Assembly (NCBI GenBank): GCA_041640595.1
Contig: JBEPZY010000001.1
Location: 1,201,195-1,265,194, forward strand
DNA: 64,000 bases
Source: Gemmatales bacterium
Lineage (GTDB): Bacteria > Planctomycetota > Planctomycetia > Gemmatales > HRBIN36
Direction: 5' to 3'
Each line of letters begins with the position of its first letter. Positions within the stretch are counted from its first letter, which is position 1. Below the pieces are notes generated by a model, which was not told the origin of the DNA, searched no databases, and saw nothing but the letters and a program-made list of their open reading frames with translations. This document shows positions 39,825-51,078 of the stretch, in pieces. The position numbers were made by a program, and so were the translations under genes.

Positions 39825-40763
39825 TCACGATCCGCCTGTTGTTCCGCTCATCGCAGCAGGGCTATCCAGGGCGGCCCGCAACTGTCTCACCAATCCCTCT
39901 ACGTTGGAAAGCAAGTCCGGCAGCGACAGGTTCTCGGCCTTCTCCAGATGAGAAACCAATGCACTGCCGACGATGATCCCATCGGCAAAATCGCGAAGCC
40001 AGCGGGCGTGTTCAGGCCGACTCACACCGAATCCCACGCACAAAGGCAAATCGGTGATGCTTCGCAACCAGCGAAGCCGCTCGACAAGCTCTTCCGGCAA
40101 CCGCTCGCGCACGCCGGTTATGCCCGTTACACTCACGCAGTACACGAAACCGCTGCTGCACTCGACGATGCGCCGGGCACGGTGAGGAGGAGTGGTGGGC
40201 GTGACCAGCTGCACCAGAGCCAGTCCCGCTTCCCGACACCGCGTCGCCAATCCCGTCGACTCCTCCACGGGCAAATCCGGCACAATTAAACCACTGAAAC
40301 CAGCAGACTGACACCGCTCCACGAACCTGTCCTCCCCCTGACGAAACACCAGACTGTACGAGCACATCGCCACCAGCAACGGTGGCCGACTCTTTATGGA
40401 AACACCGGGCCCCTGGCCGCTGACCACCGACCACTGGCCACCCGTCTCCGAGTGCTGACCCGCCCTTGCCTCCTGCGTGCACCAGTCGCGCACCAGAGCG
40501 AAAATATCATCCGCACGCACTCCGTGACGCAAGGCACGGGTGTAAGCTGCCTGGATGAGCGGACCGTCCGCGATTGGGTCGCTGTAGGGAAAGCCAACTT
40601 CGATAACATCGGCTCCACTGCGGGCCAGGACCTGGAGCAATTGCCGTGTCGCTTCCAGACTGGGATCACCCGCCGGCAAAAACGTAATCAGAGCACGCCG
40701 ACCTGTCTGTTTCAGTTCCCGCAGGTATTTTTCCAAAACTGGAGTGGCCTGTGTGTGTGGCAT
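39825..40763 (-). CDS. trpA: Tryptophan synthase alpha chain
   Basis: AGDP, EVGFPYSDPIADGPLIQ, VPDLP, GFVYCVSVTGITG, VGFGVS, DGIIVGSA; start taken at MPHTQ. Confidence 0.97.
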   Translation of the reverse strand: MPHTQATPVLEKYLRELKQTGRRALITFLPAGDPSLEATRQLLQVLARSGADVIEVGFPYSDPIADGPLIQAAYTRALRHGVRADDIFALVRDWCTQEARAGQHSETGGQWSVVSGQGPGVSIKSRPPLLVAMCSYSLVFRQGEDRFVERCQSAGFSGLIVPDLPVEESTGLATRCREAGLALVQLVTPTTPPHRARRIVECSSGFVYCVSVTGITGVRERLPEELVERLRWLRSITDLPLCVGFGVSRPEHARWLRDFADGIIVGSALVSHLEKAENLSLPDLLSNVEGLVRQLRAALDSPAAMSGTTGGS

Positions 40764-41181
40764 GTTTCCCAGAAGAATGTTTGGCAGAGGCTGGACGGGT
40801 TTATCATACGCTCTCCGGCACGGTCTCGACAATAAAAAGGCCGGGCTGCGCATCGTTACTTTTGGCCACGCGATAGGCCGGACTGCTGCAAACAGACGAT
40901 CGGCAGGCGGAATTAGCGGGAAGAATGTGCCGCAACGGGGCGGCCATTCACGGCGAGCTTGGTCGCCAACGGGGCAAAGCAGTTCGGCCGTGCAGGCCAT
41001 GGTGCTCTCGGAGGCGGTTGCAGGTCGCAGGGTTGGCAGCGTCTCTGCGGTCTGGACCGCCTCTGCATTTTTCACTGTAACGTACAGTTAGATTCCACGC
41101 ACGCTTACCGGTGTGGTCAGGTTTATGCGTGACGGTGTTTCCAGACTGGATGGTTCGCCTGAGTGATTGTCCCAAAAGCTG

Positions 41182-42432
41182 TCAGTCTTCCAGCGCAAAA
41201 TCGAAAACGTTTTTCTTGCCAGGCTCGACGGTAACCTCCAGAGGCGTGGTCTTGACACTGGCGTACTTCTTGGGCAACAGGTTCACAGACGTTCCATCTT
41301 CTCGTTCGCGAGTCAACTGAATGGTCACCTTGTATTTACCCGGAGCAGCGCCATCCCAGGCCTCATAGGTGCTCAGCCGGTACTGGCCGCCAGCATCCAC
41401 CATGGCATCCGCCCGGGGATTCGATTGCGGTTCCACCGGCATGAACGTCACGAACGCTCCCGGCACAACTTCGCCGCGGTAAGTCACTTTGCCCTCTACA
41501 GGCGTGGTCGGAACCATCTTACGCTTCGACCCTGGCTCGAAAGTATCCGGTACCTGCAAGTTTTCAGTGTATATGCCGTCCAGGAGAATATTGCACAGCA
41601 CCGGGCCGTTTTTCTTCATGGTCACCCAAACCACGTGGTCAAACTCCCCGTAATCCACCCCGCGAAGCTTGCTGACACCGCCAGTCGTCGCCAGCTGATA
41701 ATAAATGCGGCCATGACGCACAAATCGCCGATAGCGGTGAATGTGGCCGGCAAAGACAGTGTAGGGCCGATCCTGGAGCAACCGCTCAAACTCCAGCCAG
41801 CCGGTCTCGGCTACTTTCGAGGAAGTCCACAGCGGCCGATGCAGGAAAATCAGCGTCCAGCGCACTCGCGGATTCGCTTTCAGCACCCGCTCGAAATACG
41901 CGATTTGCTCCTGCGAGATGTGCCCTTCTTGCGTTTTCGGCGGATCGTCCGAATTCACCATCAAAAAGAGCACGTCCTGATACACAAAGTGATAATACGG
42001 TTGCGAAAATTTTTCCTTCCACATTCGTTCCTGCACCGGGTTGGCATAATCATGGTTGCCCGGCACATAAAAGAACGGCATTTGCAACCGTGCGATGAAA
42101 CTGTTGAATTCCTGCCATTCCTGCTCCAACTTCTTCACGTCTTCCGTGTAGCCTTCGATCAAGTCGCCTACCGAAACCACAAAGGCCGGCTGCAACAGAT
42201 TCAGATATTCCACGGCGCGGGAGAAAATCTTGGCGCGGTGCCCGCCGGTACGATCGCTGACAATGGCGAAAGTGAATTCTTCGTCGCTGCGATTGATTCG
42301 CAAATGATTCCACGGATTACGCTCGCGCACTTCGATCTGCAACGCCGGACGCAACGGTGCCTGGCCGATACTCCAGGCCACCAGTCCGGCAAAGATCCCC
42401 GTCACCAGCAGCAGGCAAGTCAGCCGCTTCAT
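41182..42432 (-). CDS. Secreted calcineurin-like metallophosphoesterase fused to a carboxypeptidase-regulatory-like beta domain
   Basis: SDRTG, VGDLIEG, PGNHD, FLHRP, FAGHIH; C-terminal VEGKVTYRGE...DGAAPGKYKVTI...LPKKY...TTPLEVTV. Confidence 0.85.
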   Translation of the reverse strand: MKRLTCLLLVTGIFAGLVAWSIGQAPLRPALQIEVRERNPWNHLRINRSDEEFTFAIVSDRTGGHRAKIFSRAVEYLNLLQPAFVVSVGDLIEGYTEDVKKLEQEWQEFNSFIARLQMPFFYVPGNHDYANPVQERMWKEKFSQPYYHFVYQDVLFLMVNSDDPPKTQEGHISQEQIAYFERVLKANPRVRWTLIFLHRPLWTSSKVAETGWLEFERLLQDRPYTVFAGHIHRYRRFVRHGRIYYQLATTGGVSKLRGVDYGEFDHVVWVTMKKNGPVLCNILLDGIYTENLQVPDTFEPGSKRKMVPTTPVEGKVTYRGEVVPGAFVTFMPVEPQSNPRADAMVDAGGQYRLSTYEAWDGAAPGKYKVTIQLTREREDGTSVNLLPKKYASVKTTPLEVTVEPGKKNVFDFALED

Positions 42433-42877
42433 CACCGTTCTCCTTCTGACCAAGAATGCTACAGCACGCTCACGGTTCCAGCGCAGTTCCAAGCCACATT
42501 GTAGGATTCGCCTCCCTGGAATACAGTGCCATACCCGCCATCAATGCTGTAAATTTATGGTAAAAGTTCGGTTAGCCACTACCAGAGCAAGCGAGCCACA
42601 CCGCCATACTTCTGACGCAAAAAAGCCTCGGCGGTCGTCTCAACGTTCTGACTATCCAGGCTGTCCAGGTCGGTGACGGTTGGCTACGTAAAAAACGCCC
42701 CCCGGCGAAAGATTGAGCAGTCGCGCTGATACCCAGTCGCTGGCTGTGCGTTCGTACTGCTGGTGCAGCAGGGGCATCACCAGAGCCAACTATTGAGAGC
42801 GATAACCAAGCATGCTGCTGCAAAAAAACGAATTCCCGTGCGCAAGACGCAGTGGCACACAACCTGTCGTCTGTACT

Positions 42878-42932
42878 ATTAGAAAAATTGATTGTACGGT
42901 GCACTTGCCATTAGCAATTTCAATGATATGAT
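42878..42932 (+). promoter_or_regulatory. Promoter with two LysR-type T-N11-A boxes
   Basis: ATTAGAAAAATTGAT (42878) and ATTAGCAATTTCAAT (42910); TTGCCA-16 bp-TATGAT with extended -10 TG. Confidence 0.6.
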
Positions 42933-42941
42933 GCAAAAGCC

Positions 42942-43910
42942 ATGCATTTGGAGACCCTGAAAATATACTGCGACGTAGCTCGCTACCGCAGCTTCTCCCG
43001 AGCCGCGGCGGCCAACGATATCACGCAGTCGGCCGTCTCGCAGATGATTGCGCAACTGGAAAGACGGCTGAATGTGCAGCTGATTGACCGCTCCAGCCGG
43101 CCGTTGCAGCTGACTCCTGCCGGCCGGATTTTCTACGATGGCTGCCGCGACTTATTGCAGCGCTTCCAGGAACTGCAACGCTCGCTGGTCAGTGGTCTGC
43201 AGCATTTGCAGTTGCCAGTGCGACTGGCAGCTATTTATTCGGTAGGTCTGCGGGACATGGGGCAATATGTGGAGCGATTTCGCCGCATGGAGCCTCGCGC
43301 CAACGTGCAGATCGAATATCTCCATCCCGACCAGGTTTATCAGCGTGTGCTCGACGGCACCGCGGATTTAGGTCTGGTTTCCTTCCCCAAATCCAGCCGC
43401 AAATTGCTGGCCGTGCCCTGGCGTGAAGAAGAAATGGTGGTGGTCTGCCCGCCGCAGCATCCCTGGAGTCGCCGGGGGCACATCCGCGTCCGCGAACTGC
43501 GAGGTCAGCCTTACGTCCATTTTGAGCAAGGACTGGTCATTCGCCGGCAGGTGGATCGGTTTCTACGCCACCACGGGGCCCCTGTTCAGGTGGTTATGGA
43601 ATTCGACAACATCGAGAACATTAAAAAAGCCGTCGAGGCTGGCGCCGGAGTTGCTCTGCTCCCGGAACCGACAGTGGCGCGAGAAGTCGAAGCCGGCACG
43701 CTTATTGCTCTCCCCTTAGCCGATGCCGTGTTCGTGCGACCTCTGGGAATCATTTACCGGCGCAGCCCCCGCTTGAGTTTAGCTGCCCAGCGCTTTCTCG
43801 ACGTGCTGCGCCAACCCGAAGAACTGAACGGTCAAGGCGGCGCCGTCGCGTCATGGACGCGGTCGCAGCGAAAACGTAGCCGTGCCGCCGCCAAAACTGC
43901 CGTCGGCTAA
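42942..43910 (+). CDS. LysR-family transcriptional regulator (probable glutamate synthase regulator)
   Basis: SFSRAA...TQSAVSQ..LE..L.VQLIDR...LTPAG; directly upstream of gltBD. Confidence 0.95.
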   Translation: MHLETLKIYCDVARYRSFSRAAAANDITQSAVSQMIAQLERRLNVQLIDRSSRPLQLTPAGRIFYDGCRDLLQRFQELQRSLVSGLQHLQLPVRLAAIYSVGLRDMGQYVERFRRMEPRANVQIEYLHPDQVYQRVLDGTADLGLVSFPKSSRKLLAVPWREEEMVVVCPPQHPWSRRGHIRVRELRGQPYVHFEQGLVIRRQVDRFLRHHGAPVQVVMEFDNIENIKKAVEAGAGVALLPEPTVAREVEAGTLIALPLADAVFVRPLGIIYRRSPRLSLAAQRFLDVLRQPEELNGQGGAVASWTRSQRKRSRAAAKTAVG

Positions 43911-44127
43911 CGCGCGTCCGTCTTCAGCCGACAGCCCTCCAGTCGTACTTCTTCCCGACTCCCAGCGCTCTGAACAAGGCCAGCATCACCAACGGCTGGC
44001 AGCGCAATATGCAGCGAGAAACTTATCGCTCTCCCTCTGCAGAACCGCGTAACGGTCGCCCAAACGCAAAAGCAGCTTCCTTGCATCAGCAACCAGAACC
44101 AGCAGCTTTACATCTGAGGGGTATTCC

Positions 44128-47100
44128 ATGACGCAAAACGAGCAGGTGGCTTGGGGACAACCCCGCGGACTCTATGACCCCTGGTACGAGCACGATGCCT
44201 GCGGCGTGGGCTTTATAGTGGACATGAAAAATCGCCGCTCCCACGACCTCGTGCAAAAAGCCATCCAGATTCTGCTCAATCTGGAACACCGCGGGGCTTG
44301 CGGTTGTGAGGAAAACACCGGCGACGGTGCTGGTATCCTCTTGCAAATGCCCCATCGTTTCTTAGCCCGCGTCGCTGATGAAATTGGCATTCGTTTGCCG
44401 TCCCCTGGCCAGTACGGTGTGGGTATGGTTTTCCTGCCCACGCACCGTCAGGAACGCCTCACTATCGAACGCCAATTTGAAACCATCGTCCGTGAGGAAG
44501 GGCAACACCTGCTGGGCTGGCGCACCGTGCCCACGGACAACTCTCCTTTAGGCGAAACCGCTAAGTCCTGCCAGCCGGTTATTCGTCAGGTCTTTATTCA
44601 GCGCGGCGAAGGTTTTGCCGATGAAATGGCTTTTGAACGCAAGCTCTTCGTGATCCGCAAACGCATCGAAAACTGGGTGCGCCAGTCTAACCTGACTCAA
44701 AAACACATGTTCTATATCCCCAGTTTGTCTTATCGAACCATCGTGTACAAAGGTATGCTCAAAGCGAGCCAGCTCACCACGTTCTATCCCGACCTGCTCG
44801 ATCCGGATATGGAAACCGCCCTGGCTATGGTGCACTCCCGTTTCAGCACTAACACCTTCCCCAGCTGGTCTCGGGCCCACCCTTATCGCTATCTATGTCA
44901 CAACGGCGAAATTAATACTCTGCGGGGTAACGTTAACTGGATGCACGCCCGGCAAACGCTGTTCGCCTCGCCCTTATTTGGCGAGGACATCAAGAAAGTG
45001 CTACCGGTTATTGACGAAACTGGCAGCGATTCTGCCATGTTCGATAACGCCTTGGAAATGTTAGTGTTAGGAGGACGTTCCCTGCCCCACGCTGTGATGA
45101 TGATGATCCCCGAACCGTGGAGTAAACACGAGAGCATGAGTCCCACCAAGCGGGCTTTTTACGAATACCATGCCTGCTTGATGGAACCCTGGGACGGGCC
45201 AGCTTCCATCGCTTTTACCGACGGCACACAGATCGGCGCTGTCTTGGATCGCAACGGTCTTAGACCGTCGCGATATTACGTGTTGAAAGATGACCTGGTG
45301 GTAATGGCGTCGGAAGTGGGCGTCCTGGATGTGCCGCCGGAACGCGTAGCTTTCAAGGGACGGTTACAACCCGGCCGAATGCTTCTTGTGGACCTTAACG
45401 AGGGACGGCTTATTCCCGATGAGGAGCTCAAAGAAAAGATCGCCCGCGAAAAACCCTACGCTGACTGGCTCCGCCAGTATTTAGTGCCCATCCATCGCTT
45501 GCCGACTCCCGAATCGCAATTTGCCGATCCTTCTGCGCAACGCTGGCCTTCTAAGTCTGGCAACGGCCAGACGCTATCCGGTAATGGACAGGCTGATACT
45601 AAGCAAACCACACTCGGACACGCTGAGTTTAGCGATTCATCCGAGAAGGAATTGCGTACCTTACAGCAGGCTTTCGGTTACACTTTAGAGGATCTGCGCC
45701 TCATCATGGCACCCATGGCACAAGATGGCGTGGAGCCTGTTGGTTCTATGGGGACCGATACTCCCCTGGCTGTCCTCTCGAATAAGCCGCAACTCCTGTA
45801 TAACTACTTCAAACAACTCTTCGCCCAGGTAACTAATCCGCCTATAGATGCCATCCGTGAGGAGTTGATCGTTAGCGAAGAAACCACCATCGGCGCGGAA
45901 GGCAATTTATTAGACCCCCAGCCGGAATCCTGCCGCCAGATCAAGTTGCCAATTCCCATCCTCACTGAGGAGGAACTCGAAAGACTAAAGGCCCTGGATG
46001 GCTCCAATCCCTGGCGATTTAAATCGCGGACCCTCTCTATACTGTTCCGCGCTGACGAACAAACGGAGGGTTTGCGTCGGGCGTTAGAGCGACTTTGCCA
46101 GGAGGCGGATCAAGCCCTGGCCGATGGTTGCGACATCTTGATACTTTCGGATCGCGGCGTCTGCCGGGAGTGGGCGCCTATTCCTGCCCTGTTAGCCACA
46201 GCTGCCGTGCATCATCACTTGATCCGACAGGGTACGCGTACCCGTTGCGGCCTGGTAGTCGAAAGCGGCGAACCCCGCGAAGTGCACCATTTTTCTCTTC
46301 TAATCGGTTACGGCGCCGGGGGCATCTGTCCCTACCTTGCTTATGCGACCATTCGCCAGATGATACGCGAAGGTTTGCTTGCCAATATCGAGGAAAAGAA
46401 AGCCATCCACAACTATATCAAGGCGGTAGTCAAAGGCGTGGTCAAGGTCATGTCCAAGATGGGCATTTCGACCATCCAGAGCTACCGCGGTGCCCAGATT
46501 TTCGAGGCTATCGGTCTGGGCAAGGAAGTTATAGATCGTTATTTCACCTGGACTGCCTCGCGGATTGGTGGCATTGGATTAGATATTATAGCCAGGGAGA
46601 GCTTGGCCCGTCACCGCAAGGCCTATCCAGAACGCCTGATCAACGGACACGTTCTTGATCCTGGCGGCCAATATCAGTACCGCAAAGATGGAGAGTTTCA
46701 CCTTTTCAACCCGGAAACGGTACACAAGCTGCAGTACGCAGTGCGCACCGGCGACTATAAAGCGTTCAAGGAGTATAGTGCACTGATTGATAATCAGGAA
46801 AAAAACCTCTGCACACTGCGAAGCTTGCTTAGGTTCAAGAAGGTGCAGCCACCGGTTCCTATCGAGGAAGTCGAACCGATCGAAAACATCATGCGGCGGT
46901 TCAAGACCGGGGCAATGTCTTACGGTTCAATTAGCAAAGAAGCACACGAAGCCCTGGCCATTGCCATGAACCGCATCGGTGGCAAGAGCAATACGGGGGA
47001 AGGTGGCGAAGACCCAGAACGATATAAGCCCCTGCCTAACGGTGATTCTAAGAATAGCGCGATCAAACAGGTAGCCTCGGGCCGTTTCGGAGTTACCAGC

Positions 47101-48855
47101 CTTTATCTCGTCAACGCGAAAGAGTTGCAAATCAAGATGGCTCAGGGTGCTAAGCCCGGCGAAGGTGGTCAATTGCCAGGGCACAAGGTATATCCCTGGA
47201 TCGCTAAAGTGCGGCATTCGACACCGGGTGTCGGACTTATATCGCCACCACCGCACCATGACATTTACTCCATCGAAGACCTGGCTGAACTGATCCACGA
47301 CCTGAAAAATGCCAATCACCACGCGCGCATAAGCGTGAAACTGGTAGCGGAAGTAGGCGTGGGTACCATTGCTGCTGGTGTCGCTAAGGGGCATGCTGAT
47401 GTTGTCCTCATCAGTGGCCACGACGGAGGCACCGGAGCTTCGCCGCTGACCAGCATCAAGCATGCCGGGATCCCCTGGGAGTTAGGCTTAGCGGAAACTC
47501 ACCAGGTATTGCTACAAAACAATTTGCGCAGCCGCATCGTCGTCGAGGTAGATGGGCAACTGAAAACCGGCCGTGATGTGGTCATTGGCGCGTTATTAGG
47601 AGCTGAAGAATTTGGGTTTGCGACAGCGCCGCTGGTAGCGCTGGGTTGTATTATGATGCGCGTTTGCCACCTTAACACCTGCCCGGTCGGCGTGGCGACG
47701 CAAGACCCGCGTTTGCGCGAGAAATTTATGGGTAAGCCTGAGTATGTAGTGAATTTCATGCGTTTTGTCGCTCAGGAAGTACGCGAACTCATGGCGGAAT
47801 TAGGTTTTCGCCGCTTCGATGATATGGTGGGCCGATGCGATTTATTAGAATTCAACCATGAGATCGCTCATGAAAAAGCCAGAACCTTGGATTATTCAGC
47901 GATCCTCTATAAGCCCGAAGTGCCGAGCAACTGGGGAACATATTGCCAGATACCGCAGAATCACGGCATAGAAAAATCGCTGGATTGGAACGTTTTATTA
48001 GATTTATGCAAGCCGGCACTGGAAGAAGGTAAACCGGTTCGAGCGACCTTGCCGATTCGCAATACCAACCGTGTGGTCGGTACCATACTGGGAAGCGAGG
48101 TAACTCGCCGCTATGGCGCAGACGGTCTTCCGGAGGACACCATTACCTTGCATTTCCAGGGCTCGGCAGGTCAGAGTTTCGGTGCCTTTATTCCTAAGGG
48201 GATTACCTTGATTCTGGAAGGAGACTCCAATGACTATATCGGGAAAGGACTATCGGGTGGGAAAATCATTGTCTATCCGCCTGCGGGTTCTACATTTGTT
48301 CCGGAAGAAAACATCATTATCGGTAACGTGGCGTTTTACGGTGCGACCAGCGGGGAAGCCTATATTTACGGGATGGCCGGCGAACGCTTTTGCGTCCGCA
48401 ATAGCGGCGTGCGTGCCGTGGTCGAAGCGGTGGGCGATCACGGTTGTGAGTATATGACCGGAGGGCGGGTTGTCGTTCTCGGGCCTACTGGCCGCAACTT
48501 CGCTGCCGGTATGTCTGGCGGTATTGCTTATGTATTAGACGAAACCGGTGATTTTCCAAAACGCTGCAACCTGAGCATGGTGAAGTTATTCCCGCTGGAA
48601 GACCCGGAAGACATCGAAGAAGTCAAGGAGATGATTCGTAAGCATGCCCAGTACACCGGCAGCAAAAAAGCCTGGAAAATTCTGGCTCTCTGGGAACAAT
48701 ATCAACCGAAATTCGTTAAGGTCTATCCGAATGACTACCGCCGAGTGATCGAAGCCCAAAAGCGTTTGCGAGCGAAAGGGCTGCCCGAGGAGGAAGTCCT
48801 CATGGCTGCTTTCGAAGAAAATGCCCGCGATCTCGCCCGCATCGGCGGCAACTAA
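44128..48855 (+). CDS. gltB: Glutamate synthase large subunit
   Basis: [71 protein letters not shown] domain. Confidence 0.99.
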   Translation: MTQNEQVAWGQPRGLYDPWYEHDACGVGFIVDMKNRRSHDLVQKAIQILLNLEHRGACGCEENTGDGAGILLQMPHRFLARVADEIGIRLPSPGQYGVGMVFLPTHRQERLTIERQFETIVREEGQHLLGWRTVPTDNSPLGETAKSCQPVIRQVFIQRGEGFADEMAFERKLFVIRKRIENWVRQSNLTQKHMFYIPSLSYRTIVYKGMLKASQLTTFYPDLLDPDMETALAMVHSRFSTNTFPSWSRAHPYRYLCHNGEINTLRGNVNWMHARQTLFASPLFGEDIKKVLPVIDETGSDSAMFDNALEMLVLGGRSLPHAVMMMIPEPWSKHESMSPTKRAFYEYHACLMEPWDGPASIAFTDGTQIGAVLDRNGLRPSRYYVLKDDLVVMASEVGVLDVPPERVAFKGRLQPGRMLLVDLNEGRLIPDEELKEKIAREKPYADWLRQYLVPIHRLPTPESQFADPSAQRWPSKSGNGQTLSGNGQADTKQTTLGHAEFSDSSEKELRTLQQAFGYTLEDLRLIMAPMAQDGVEPVGSMGTDTPLAVLSNKPQLLYNYFKQLFAQVTNPPIDAIREELIVSEETTIGAEGNLLDPQPESCRQIKLPIPILTEEELERLKALDGSNPWRFKSRTLSILFRADEQTEGLRRALERLCQEADQALADGCDILILSDRGVCREWAPIPALLATAAVHHHLIRQGTRTRCGLVVESGEPREVHHFSLLIGYGAGGICPYLAYATIRQMIREGLLANIEEKKAIHNYIKAVVKGVVKVMSKMGISTIQSYRGAQIFEAIGLGKEVIDRYFTWTASRIGGIGLDIIARESLARHRKAYPERLINGHVLDPGGQYQYRKDGEFHLFNPETVHKLQYAVRTGDYKAFKEYSALIDNQEKNLCTLRSLLRFKKVQPPVPIEEVEPIENIMRRFKTGAMSYGSISKEAHEALAIAMNRIGGKSNTGEGGEDPERYKPLPNGDSKNSAIKQVASGRFGVTSLYLVNAKELQIKMAQGAKPGEGGQLPGHKVYPWIAKVRHSTPGVGLISPPPHHDIYSIEDLAELIHDLKNANHHARISVKLVAEVGVGTIAAGVAKGHADVVLISGHDGGTGASPLTSIKHAGIPWELGLAETHQVLLQNNLRSRIVVEVDGQLKTGRDVVIGALLGAEEFGFATAPLVALGCIMMRVCHLNTCPVGVATQDPRLREKFMGKPEYVVNFMRFVAQEVRELMAELGFRRFDDMVGRCDLLEFNHEIAHEKARTLDYSAILYKPEVPSNWGTYCQIPQNHGIEKSLDWNVLLDLCKPALEEGKPVRATLPIRNTNRVVGTILGSEVTRRYGADGLPEDTITLHFQGSAGQSFGAFIPKGITLILEGDSNDYIGKGLSGGKIIVYPPAGSTFVPEENIIIGNVAFYGATSGEAYIYGMAGERFCVRNSGVRAVVEAVGDHGCEYMTGGRVVVLGPTGRNFAAGMSGGIAYVLDETGDFPKRCNLSMVKLFPLEDPEDIEEVKEMIRKHAQYTGSKKAWKILALWEQYQPKFVKVYPNDYRRVIEAQKRLRAKGLPEEEVLMAAFEENARDLARIGGN

Positions 48856-48976
48856 TCACAGCAACCGCTATGAGGCCTATCTATACTTTATTGCCGAACC
48901 AATATGCCGGAATTAGGCCCGTGCAATTAGGGTCGCCATACTAATCTTGATCCGGACTAAGCGGAGTCCAGCACCT

Positions 48977-50458
48977 ATGGGTAAGCCGACTGGATTTCTC
49001 GAATATCAGCGTGAGACTCCCGCCCAGGAACCACCCTTGCAGCGACTGCGGCACTGGCAGGAATTCCACGCTCATCCAGACGAGGAACTGTTGCGCCGCC
49101 AGGCAGCCCGGTGTATGGATTGCGGCATCCCCTTTTGTCATACCGGCATACTCCTGGGCGGCATGGCTTCGGGATGCCCGATCAATAACTTAATTCCGGA
49201 ATGGAACGACCTGGTTTATCGCGGATTGTGGCGGGAAGCTTACGAGCGACTAGCGAAAACGAACAATTTTCCAGAGTTTACGGGTCGAGTTTGTCCGGCT
49301 CCGTGTGAAGGGGCCTGCGTGCTCGGACTTACCGAACCGCCGGTGGCTATCAAGACCATTGAATGCGCGATCATCGAGAAGGCATTCGAAGAAGGCTGGA
49401 TTCGCCCATCTCCCCCGGCGAAACGGACCGGTAAAAAGGTAGCGGTGGTCGGTTCCGGCCCAGCCGGGCTCGCCTGTGCAGACCAGCTCAATAAGGCCGG
49501 GCACTGGGTTACCGTCTTTGAACGAGCCGATCGCATCGGTGGGTTGCTCATGTATGGTATCCCGAATATGAAGCTGGACAAGCGCATTGTTCAGCGCCGC
49601 ATTGATTTAATGGCAGCAGAAGGGGTGCGCTTTGTTACTAACTGCCATGTAGGTGTGAATTTTCCCGCGAAACGGTTATTAGAGGAATTTGATGCGGTGG
49701 TACTTTGTTGCGGAGCAACGCAACCACGCGACCTCCCCGTAGAAGGTCGGCAACTGCGTGGCATACATTTCGCTATGGAGTTTCTCACTGCCAACACCAA
49801 AACTTTATTAGACACTGGCAGCGTCGAACAGACCCCGATTTCCGCGAAAGATAAGGACGTAATCATCATCGGTGGTGGCGACACAGGAACGGATTGTGTC
49901 GCGACTGCCTTGCGTCAGGGATGCCGGAGTTTAGTGCAATTTGAAATTCTCCCGCGCCCGCCTCTAACTCGTGCACCGGACAATCCCTGGCCTCAATGGC
50001 CGAAAGTTTATAAACTTGATTACGGCCAGGAGGAAGCCGCTGCTTTGTTCGGCCAGGACCCGCGCGAATATCTGATCCAGACCAAACGGTTTATCGGCGA
50101 CGACACCGGCCATGTCAAAGAAGTGCACACGGTTCGCATCGAATGGGTCAAGGACAACGGTCGAATGACCCCGCGCGAGATTCCCGGGACTGAACGAATC
50201 TGGCCAGCACAATTAGTCTTACTAGCTATGGGTTTCCTTGGCCCGGAAAACCCCATCCTTAAAGAACTAGGTATTGCTCAGGATGCGCGAAGCAACGTCC
50301 AGGCTGAATATGGAAAGTTTCAGACTAACATTCCAAAAGTCTTCGCGGCTGGTGATATGCGGCGAGGACAAAGTTTAGTGGTCTGGGCTATTAATGAAGG
50401 TCGTGGTGCAGCCCGCGAAGTAGATCGCTTCCTCATGGGCCACACAGACTTGCCCTGA
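48977..50458 (+). CDS. gltD: Glutamate synthase small subunit
   Basis: [52 protein letters not shown]. Confidence 0.98.
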   Translation: MGKPTGFLEYQRETPAQEPPLQRLRHWQEFHAHPDEELLRRQAARCMDCGIPFCHTGILLGGMASGCPINNLIPEWNDLVYRGLWREAYERLAKTNNFPEFTGRVCPAPCEGACVLGLTEPPVAIKTIECAIIEKAFEEGWIRPSPPAKRTGKKVAVVGSGPAGLACADQLNKAGHWVTVFERADRIGGLLMYGIPNMKLDKRIVQRRIDLMAAEGVRFVTNCHVGVNFPAKRLLEEFDAVVLCCGATQPRDLPVEGRQLRGIHFAMEFLTANTKTLLDTGSVEQTPISAKDKDVIIIGGGDTGTDCVATALRQGCRSLVQFEILPRPPLTRAPDNPWPQWPKVYKLDYGQEEAAALFGQDPREYLIQTKRFIGDDTGHVKEVHTVRIEWVKDNGRMTPREIPGTERIWPAQLVLLAMGFLGPENPILKELGIAQDARSNVQAEYGKFQTNIPKVFAAGDMRRGQSLVVWAINEGRGAAREVDRFLMGHTDLP

Positions 50459-50487
50459 TTAGCAGTGGATGCCTGAGCAACTATCAG

Positions 50488-51078
50488 TTACGGTTCGGGC
50501 ATAGGTATCAACTGCACCCGGAAACGATAGTGTCCGGTGGAGTCAGAGCGCAGATATTCCACGGGGTGTCCGTAGAAAGCATCGAAACGTGCGAAAGTAT
50601 AGGAGGTCTGACCACTGCGGTCACGCTCTAAGTCCTGCTCTAACCATGTGAACAAACCCGGCACGGACCATTCCTGGCCATCACGTCGCAAGGTACGGCC
50701 ATCACTTAAAGTGATCGTAAGCAAGTCGGTTTCCCGCCCATCTGGATATTGCTGCACGGCACGAACGACGCGCTGTTGTCGAACTTCGATCCAATAAGTA
50801 CCTGGCATACGTCCTTCTGTGATAATTCGCAGGTCATAACTTTTTGGGCCGCGTTGTTCCCACAACTGACGTGCTTGCTGCAACCGCAACGGCGTCAGTG
50901 GATACCGGGAGCGAAACCAGACTACGCCTGCGCTGACGGTGACTAATGCCAACCCTAATACGACGCTCACCGCAGTGAAGATTCGTAACCTCGACGAAGA
51001 CGGAGCGGCAGGCTCCGACTTTGACGGGGACACAGATTCCTGCGGCGCGGGCGTCGCCCCGAAAGATTCTTCGGTCAT
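50488..51078 (-). CDS. Membrane-anchored hypothetical protein (DUF6174-like)
   Basis: One TM helix, ARQLWEQRGPKSYDL, SVPGLF, FDAFYGHP. Confidence 0.6.
   Translation of the reverse strand: MTEESFGATPAPQESVSPSKSEPAAPSSSRLRIFTAVSVVLGLALVTVSAGVVWFRSRYPLTPLRLQQARQLWEQRGPKSYDLRIITEGRMPGTYWIEVRQQRVVRAVQQYPDGRETDLLTITLSDGRTLRRDGQEWSVPGLFTWLEQDLERDRSGQTSYTFARFDAFYGHPVEYLRSDSTGHYRFRVQLIPMPEP

Noticed and set aside
39825..41075. Long N-terminal extensions in the ORF track for trpA (also pheA, pyrH, WD40, TolC, DUF1828)
   Set aside because: Extensions lack homology-like content; downstream ATGs fit the family starts better
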